DNA of 64,000 nt, from NCBI RefSeq assembly GCF_006345805.1, contig NC_043011.1:4836001-4900000 (forward strand). Direction: 5' to 3'. A model generated the notes under the pieces. That model saw nothing but the letters and a program-made list of their open reading frames with translations. It did no database searches and was not told the DNA's origin. Position numbers and translations under genes: made by a program. The stretch is from Octopus sinensis. Lineage: Eukaryota. Shown here piece by piece: positions 56,250 through 64,000 of this stretch (its first letter is position 1; each line of letters starts with the position of its first letter).

Positions 56250-56528
56250 CGTACACACACACATACATACGCACGTATGTATCTATATATGTATGTATGT
56301 ATGTTTGAATCTGTTTCTCTGAGTTGTGTGTAAATGTGGTTTGTGCCTGATGTATGTTTGAGATATTTCTCAACATAGGAAACTATTAGTAGCACTTAAA
56401 GTCATATATTGTGTCCTATGTATGAATATATATATATATACGATAATAAATCTCTGAGCGATATATATATAGTTTTTGTATTTGGTTTGCATGATTCTTT
56501 ATGCAAATTCGTGTGTTGAAGCATATAT

Positions 56529-56698
56529 TATTGTGTCTGTGGAGAGTCCTTCTCTTTCAGTGCTTTGTTACTTAACACATTCACCGGTTCGATTTCCACT
56601 CACTTACTTTAGAAAAAAATAAATAGGTGGAAATCAGACCGGTAAGTGTGTTAAATAATAAAGCACTAAAAGAGAATGACTCTCTCCCAGACACAATA
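56529..56698. repeat. Imperfect ~70-bp inverted repeat with a ~27-nt spacer
   Basis: tattgtgtctg...gatttccac / gtggaaatc...cagacacaata. Confidence 0.85.
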
Positions 56699-58266
56699 GT
56701 GTATATATAGATATGTATATATATATATACACACACATGCATACATACATGTATGTACGTACGTATTCATTTTGCGATGCCAATGTATATTAAGTGTACG
56801 CGCAGGTACGATATCTTGACGCGGATCAGACCGTTCTGTAGTGTCTTGCATTGTTTCAATCCAAAAATTATCCACCTCTTACGTCCTTTCCTATAAAATT
56901 TAGGGATTTGTTTTTTATTTTTTATTTTATTTTTCATTTTTTTCTTTTTGTACCTGAAGAAAAATGGAACCAACAATTAAAACTGCTGCTGTTGCTTACC
57001 CCTATATCAGCCCTTAACGAGAAAAACTATGTATAGAAAGCATTTTAACCGCGACCATCCTGTATTTGTTTATTCGAGCAATTATTTTCAGTATACACTT
57101 CCTATATAAGGTGTGATTTGAGGGAGGTATAAGGGTTGCATTTTAGGTGGTCAACTGACTTTGAGACATCCTCAGAAAGCACCCTTATTGAATGTGGTTG
57201 CTTTAGTCCCAGATCAGCTTCGGTCAAACAAGGTTCCACCTATGACCATACCGTCCTTTTACAAAGCATATCTAGAACTGTATTATTATTATTGAATGCA
57301 TCTTGTTTTCCTTGTTTAAGACGGTGGCGTGCGAGCGACAGGAATAAGATTTAGCTATCATTTCTAGCAGTAAAAGCGACCGCGTAAAGCCGAACAACCG
57401 ATCGGAATGAGCACGTTGTTTCGAATCTTGGGTGAAGCGTTTTCGTTTTATATACTTATGTGCCACATACACCTGAAGAAAAAAAAAATAAGACGAAAAG
57501 AAAGCTAGCACAGGATTGGAAAATGAACATCACTACTTCAAATTATAGTATCCAGTGATAAATAACGTATACTCTGAGTGTTAATTAACCTCTAGACAGA
57601 AAACATGTTAGAACCGGGGACAAAATACTTCGTGGTATCTAGGTAGGTCCTTTTCGTTCTGAGGTCAAATCTCGCCAAAGTCAGTCTTATTTTTTATTCT
57701 TCCGGGTCAAAATTTTGTGACGATACCTGTATAATCTATATTTCGCCAATAAATTCCAATCCTTGTACATGTTTTGGAAATTAAATATATAACGTTATAT
57801 GGCCGTATGGTAAGCATGCTTCCCAACTACATGGTTCCGGGTTCAGTCCCATAACGCTTCACTTTGGGCAAATATTTCCTATTATAGCCTTGTCACTGGA
57901 TTTGGTAGCTGGGAACTGCAAAAAGTCCCACACCACCACCACCACATATATATCCGTGGGTGTATATTTTGTGTCTGTGTTTGTTCCCCCCCAACTCTTT
58001 ACAACTGATGCTGGTGTGTTTACATCTCCGTAACCTACCGGCTCAGCGAAAGAGACCGATAGAATCAGGACCAGGCTTTAAGAAATGAGTACTGGGGTCG
58101 ATTAGTTCGGATAAAATTCTTCAAGGGGGTACCCCAGCATGGTCGCACTCTAATGACTGAAACTAAAGATAAAAGGCGAAACAATGTGTATGCATATAGT
58201 GTCTAACATATATATATATGTGTGTGTGTGTGTGTATTGTATAATTTATTTATATATATATATATA

Positions 58267-58555
58267 TCACCGTCACCGACCAGGCTATCAGATGTTGTTA
58301 AACATCGCTGGTCACAATGCGCTTCGCATTATTTTAGCCTTCAAATGACGCCACGAGCAGCAGGCCAACAGAAGAAAGAGTGAGAGAAAGTTGTGGCGAA
58401 AGAGTACAGCAGGGATCTCCACCTCCCCCTGCCGGAGCCTCATGGAGCTTTAGATGTTTTCGCTCAATAAACACTCACAACGCCCGGTCTGGGAATTGAA
58501 ACCGCGATCGTACGACCGCGAGTCCGCTGCCCTAACCACTGGGCCACTGCGCCTC

Positions 58556-58556
<1 letters not shown>
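58267..58556 (-). mobile_element. Family-D head SINE with a different 3' tail
   Basis: Head matches 44830-45016, but the tail is ...gcgaagcgcattgtgaccagcgatg...ggtcggtgacggtga. Confidence 0.85.
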
Positions 58557-58599
<43 letters not shown>

Positions 58600-58615
58600 A
58601 CGTGTATAACGTGTA

Positions 58616-58931
58616 GACGCATGGCTCAGTGGATCGTGAGGTTGTGATCTCGAATCCCGAACTGGGCTGCGTGTTGTGTTCTTGAGCAAGACACTTTATT
58701 TCACGTTGCTCTAGTTCACTCAGCTGTAGAAATGAGTTGCGACGTCACAGGTGCCACGCTGTATCGGCCCTTGCCTTTCCCTTGGATAACATTGGTGACG
58801 TGGAGGGGGGAGGCCGGTATGCATGGGCGACTGCTGGTCTTCCATAAATAACTTTGCTCGGACTTCTGTATGGGAGGGTAGCTTCCCGGATGCAATCCCA
58901 TGGTCAGTGTCGTGACCGAAGAGGGTCTCAG
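58616..58931 (+). mobile_element. Family-B head SINE with a third tail type and a 10-bp TSD
   Basis: B core cttgagcaagacactttatttcacgttgctc; novel tail ...cccatggtcagtgtcgtgaccgaagagggtc; TSD ataacgtgta at 58606-58615 and 58932-58941. Confidence 0.8.
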
Positions 58932-59167
58932 ATAACGTGTATACGGTGTACTTGCGTGGACATAAAGCGACGAGCTGGCAGAATCATGAGCATGCCGGGT
59001 AAAACGCTTAGCGGCATTTCGCCCATCTTTACGCCCTGAGTTCGAAAGGTGCCGAGGTCGACTTTGCTTCTCGTCCTTTCAAAGTCCATAGAATAAGCCC
59101 CAGTTGAGTACTGAGGTCGATGAAATCAACAAACCCTCTTCCTCAAAATTTCAGTCCCTCTGCCTAT

Positions 59168-59378
59168 ACTCTTTTACTTGTTTCAGTCATTTGACTGCGG
59201 CCATGCTGGAGCACCGCCTTTAATCGAGCAACTCGACCCCGGGACTTATTCTTTTGTAAGCCCAGTACTTATTCTATCGGTCTCTTTTGCCGAACCGCTA
59301 AGTAACGGGGACATAAACACACCAGCATCGGTTGTCAATCAATGCTAGGGGGACAAACACATACACACCAACACACAC

Positions 59379-59440
<62 letters not shown>

Positions 59441-59621
59441 TATACATACATATATACGACAGGCTTCTTTCAGTTTCCGTCCACCAAATCCACTCACAAG
59501 GCTTTGGTCGGCTCGAGGCTATAGTAGAAGACACTTGCCCAAGGTGCCACACAGTGGGACTGAACCCGGAACCATGTGGTTGGTAAACAATCTACTTACC
59601 ACACAGCCACTCCTGCGCCTA
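59168..59621 (-). mobile_element. Family-A SINE
   Basis: Near-consensus. Confidence 0.92.
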
Positions 59622-59885
59622 TAGTAGAAAAAGTATTTAGCGTATATATATTGTATAGGGTATCGTTTATAACGTGTAAATAACGTGTGTAGAATGTGTC
59701 TGTTTGTGATCATAACATCTAGTGTGAAGAATATACCCAAAAGATTAAAGAAAAAGGAAGAAGAAAAAACGATCATATATATTTCCTGGTGATATGTAAT
59801 GAAGGAGGCTTCCAAGTCTTTGCTCGACGTGCTAGAAATAGCAGCCAAATCTTTGTTTCTTTGTTTCTTTCTTTCTGTCTCTCTG

Positions 59886-59921
<36 letters not shown>

Positions 59922-60186
59922 TCAAATGCACAGAGTCTTCGCAGCAAAGTTTTCTTCGTTGTTTGCAGCAAATTACTATGAGTTTTCGCCTGATTTCTCA
60001 AGCAAGGTTTCTCTCTCTCTCACTCTCTCTCTCTCTCTCTCACCCTCTCTCTCTGCTTCTCTCTATCTCTCTCACTCTCTCTCTCTCTCCTTACCTATCT
60101 ATGTATGTATGTATCTATCTATCTCTTTTTGTGTACACACGCAAAACACACACTCTCTCTGTCTGTCTCTCTCTCTCTCTCGCGTG

Positions 60187-60217
<31 letters not shown>

Positions 60218-60447
60218 GGCCTCTGAAAGAAATTCCGGAAGGTGGAACCAGAACTATTTTCGGCCCCACAACCCTGCTCCAGGAAATGGGTAGCCTTTCA
60301 GAATACAAGGGGCTGTGATTTCGTGTCCTTTCTCAATCTTGACTCTTTGAGAAAAATATCTCTCTACACACACACAAACACACACGAGAGTGTTCAGCTT
60401 TCCCTGGCTGTCACTGCTCCCCCGAACTTATAGGCCCTGCATTCATA

Positions 60448-60488
<41 letters not shown>

Positions 60489-60553
60489 ATGCGTGCGTGT
60501 GTATGCGAGTGTCTATCTATCTATTTATTTCTCCCTCTCCTTACACACACACA

Positions 60554-60584
<31 letters not shown>

Positions 60585-60602
60585 TACACATATATATGTA
60601 TA

Positions 60603-60799
60603 TTCTTTTATTCTTTTGTTTGTTTCGGTCATTTGACTGCAGCCATGCTGGTACACCCCAGGACTTTTCTTTGTAAGCCTAGTACTTATTCTATCGGTCT
60701 CTGTTTCGGGGACGTAAACACACCAGCATCGGTTGTCAAGCGATGGTGGGGGTACAAACATACACACACAGAAACACACACACACACACACACACACAC

Positions 60800-60854
<55 letters not shown>

Positions 60855-61012
60855 GACAGGCTTCTCTCAGTTTCCGTCAATCAAATCCACTCACAAGGCT
60901 TTGGACGGCCTGAGGCTAGAGCAGAAGACACTTGTCCAAGGTGCCACGCAGTAGGACTGAACCTGGAACCATGTGGTTGGTAAGCAAGCTACTAACCACA
61001 CAGCCACTCCTG
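60603..61012 (-). mobile_element. Family-A SINE
   Basis: Diverged family-A match. Confidence 0.88.
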
Positions 61013-61019
61013 TTATATA

Positions 61020-62318
61020 CAGGAGTTGAACAAAATAATGGAAACATCTTAAAATTTTAAACAAATTTATTTTAATATGGGGTAGGACCGCCTTTGGCAG
61101 TAATTACAGCTTGAATTCTACGAGGTATGGACTCGTACAAAGTTTGAGTTATATCCAAAGGAATTTTTCTCCATTCTTCAGCTAAAACAGTCTCCGGTTC
61201 TTGTAGTGATGATGGTGGAGGATATCGACTCCTTACTTGTTTTTCTAAAATGCACCATAAATGTTCAATAATATTGAGATCTGGGGAGTGTGGTGGCCAG
61301 ATAAGATGTTCCTCATGCCATTCAATAACAACTTTAGCTGTGTGAATTGGTGCATTGTCACCCTGAAAGATCGCGTTTCCCCCTGGGAACAGTACTACAA
61401 CCTATACAGAACGAATTTGATCAGATAAAATGCTTAAATAGTCTTGACTATTAATTCTGCCACGAAGGGAATCCATTCGGCCGGCGGATTTCCAAGATAT
61501 AGCCCCCCAGATCTTCACAGATCCTCTTCCATGTTTAACTGTTGGAAGAAGGCAGTCAGGGTCAAATGCTTCTTTTCGCTGTCTCCACACGTATACTCGG
61601 CCGGTGGTTGGAAATAAGGCAAAGGATGACTCGTCCAAGAAAATAACATTCTTACACTGCTCTAGGGATCAATTCTGTAGGTTTTTACTCCACTCTAAGT
61701 GCTTCGCAACGTTTGTTTTTGAAAGAAGTGGTTTTCTGTTTGCAGTCCTCCCGTGAAATCCGACATTGTACAGCTCTTGGCGAACGGTTTTTGTAGAAAC
61801 TGGGTTCTCGAGGGGGTACTTAAGCTCTGCAGTAATTTTGGGAGCTATAACTTTGTGATCCTTTCTAACAATTCGCGCAAGAGTCCGACGGTCCCTATCT
61901 GAAAGATTTTGTTTTCTTCCGGAGTTTTGTTTCGATGAGGAGGTGTTTCCCTCTTTCTCAAAGGCTGTCATTACTTTCGAGACAGTCCTTCTTGATACAC
62001 CAAACATTTCGACTGTTTTTGTTATGTTAGCGCCTTCCATAGTAGCACCAACAATTTGACCTCTTTGAAAGTCCGATAGATCTGTCATTTTAATGAATTT
62101 TAATTACCCTTTTCTGATAATATCTGAAAAGAAACAGCAATTTTAGCAAAACATATTAAGTAACACTAATAATAAATAAATAAAAATAAACAATAAAAAT
62201 AATAGGCGCAGGAGTGGTTGTGGGGTTAGTAGCTTACTTATCAACCACATGGTTCCGGGTTCAGTCTCACTGCGTGGCACTTTGGACAAGTGTCTTCTAC
62301 TATAGGCTCGGGCCGACC

Positions 62319-62365
<47 letters not shown>

Positions 62366-62645
62366 TATGTCTGTGTTTGTCCTCCCAACATCGCTTGACA
62401 ATCGATGCTGGTGAGTTTACGTCCCCGTAACCTAGCGGTTCGGCAAAAGAGACCGATACAATTAGTACTAAGCTTACCAAGAATAAGTTCTGGGGTCGAT
62501 TTGCTCGAATGAAGGCGGTGCTCCAGCATGTCCGCATTCAAATGACTGAAACAAGTATAAGAGTAAGCTTTTGACGGTTTTATATATATTCCAAAATCAT
62601 GGTGCTATGATGCTAGGTGTTTCCATTATTTTGTCCAACCCCCTG
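61020..62645 (-). mobile_element. Full-length Tc1 (same family as 14713-15961) with a family-A SINE inserted in its 5' UTR (~62203-62566)
   Basis: TIRs caggagttgaacaaaataatggaaaca / tgtttccattattttgtccaaccccctg flanked by TA; MTDLSDFQRGQIVG..., DESSF, SPDLNIIEHLW; stops and indels. Confidence 0.95.
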
Positions 62646-64000
62646 TAAAAATGGGAGCTTGTTACTCAAAGCAGACGGCGCGTGTAAAATGTGTTATTTC
62701 AACCGATTGGTTCTCAACCATCGTCGTTTTATCCCTGGACCTCTTTGATTCCTATTTTACTGGATTGGACCCCCAGAGCTACCCCACCCGATGTTTGAAA
62801 AATTTCTATGGTAATTTTTCGAGGAAATGCATAAAAATGAAATTGTTAAAATATTTTGTGCATTGTAGAAGAATAAGGAATTTATTGCATAGAAACTTTA
62901 GCAACAAAGTCTTACATGGACCCCACCAAGAGTCAAGTGAACCCCACTAAGGGTCAAGTGAACCCCGGTTTAGATTCACTGTTTTAGCCATTTAGATAGG
63001 ACGAGTTAAGTTTTCCCGTGGCACACGAACTCACAACTTCCGTAAATATTCTTACGACGTCAACAATGTGTGTGTGTGTGTTTGTGTGTGTGTGTATGCG
63101 TGTGTGTGTGTGTGCGTGTGCGTGTATGTGTGTGTGTGTTTGTATGTGTGTGTATGTGTGTGTGTATGTGTGTGTATGTGTGTGTGTGTATGTGTGTGTG
63201 TATGTGTGTGTATGTGTGTGTATGTGTGTGTATTGTGTGTATGTGTGTGTGTGTGGTGTGTGTGTGTGTGTGTGTGTTTGTATGTCTGTGTTTGTCCTCC
63301 CAACATCGCTTGACAATCGATGCTGGTGAGTTTACGTCCCCGTAACCTAGCGGTTCGGCAAAAGAGACCGATACAATTAGTACTAAGCTTACCAAGAATA
63401 AGTTCTGGGGTCGATTTGCTCGAATGAAGGCGGTGCTCCAGCATGTCCGCATTCAAATGACTGAAACAAGTATAAGAGTAAGCTTTTGACGGTTTTATAT
63501 ATATTCCAAAATCATGGTGCTATGATGCTAGGTGTTTCCATTATTTTGTCCAACCCCCTGTAAAAATGGGAGCTTGTTACTCAAGCAGACGGCGCGTGTA
63601 AAATGTGTTATTTCAACCGATTGGTTCTCAACCATCGTCGTTTTATCCCTGGACCTCTTTGATTCCTATTTTACTGGATTGGACCCCCAGAGCTACCCCA
63701 CCCGATGTTTGAAAAATTTCTATGGTAATTTTTCGAGGAAATGCATAAAAATGAAATTGTTAAAATATTTTGTGCATTGTAGAAGAATAAGGAATTTATT
63801 GCATAGAAACTTTAGCAACAAAGTCTTACATGGACCCCACCAAGAGTCAAGTGAACCCCACTAAGGGTCAAGTGAACCCCGGTTTAGATTCACTGTTTTA
63901 GCCATTTAGATAGGACGAGTTAAGTTTTCCCGTGGCACACGAACTCACAACTTCCGTAAATATTCTTACGACGTCAACAATGTGTGTGTGTGTGTTTGTG
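62345..64000. repeat. ~915-bp near-identical tandem duplication bounded by (TG)n tracts
   Basis: 62345-63085 repeats at ~63260-64000 (offset 915), with a 1-nt indel seen by eye. Confidence 0.93.
62705..62981. mobile_element. hAT (Charlie-like) MITE; duplicated at ~63619-63895
   Basis: Degenerate TIRs gattggttctcaacc / ggtttagattcactg (cf. CAGTGGTTCTCAACC); 8-bp TSD-like tttcaacc / ttttagcc. Confidence 0.6.

Overview
Repeat-saturated, AT-rich animal DNA, almost certainly a coleoid cephalopod (Octopus-like, inferred from its tRNA-derived SINE families and the very high load of (TA)n/(TG)n/(CATA)n/(GAT)n microsatellites). I found no convincing host protein-coding gene, and nearly all listed ORFs are microsatellite artefacts. 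The real coding remnants are all mobile elements: Tc1 (two near-full-length copies of one family plus other fragments), mariner, Penelope-like RT/GIY-YIG, R4/Dong-like RT and RLE, Tx1/L1, RTE and CRE LINEs, plus non-autonomous Helitrons and a hAT MITE. The main finding is a set of short elements carrying hammerhead-ribozyme cores whose three catalytic strands are in a non-circularly permuted order (NUH strand, GAAA strand, CUGAUGA strand). There are four complete copies with covarying stems at 3385-3447, 7292-7355, 16333-16395 (-) and 27236-27295. Conventional minimal type-I hammerheads, shuffled SINE heads and tails, several foldback hairpins, a ~915-bp tandem duplication and a 100-N gap are also present. 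All family assignments were made by eye from motifs, without database searches, and element boundaries are approximate.
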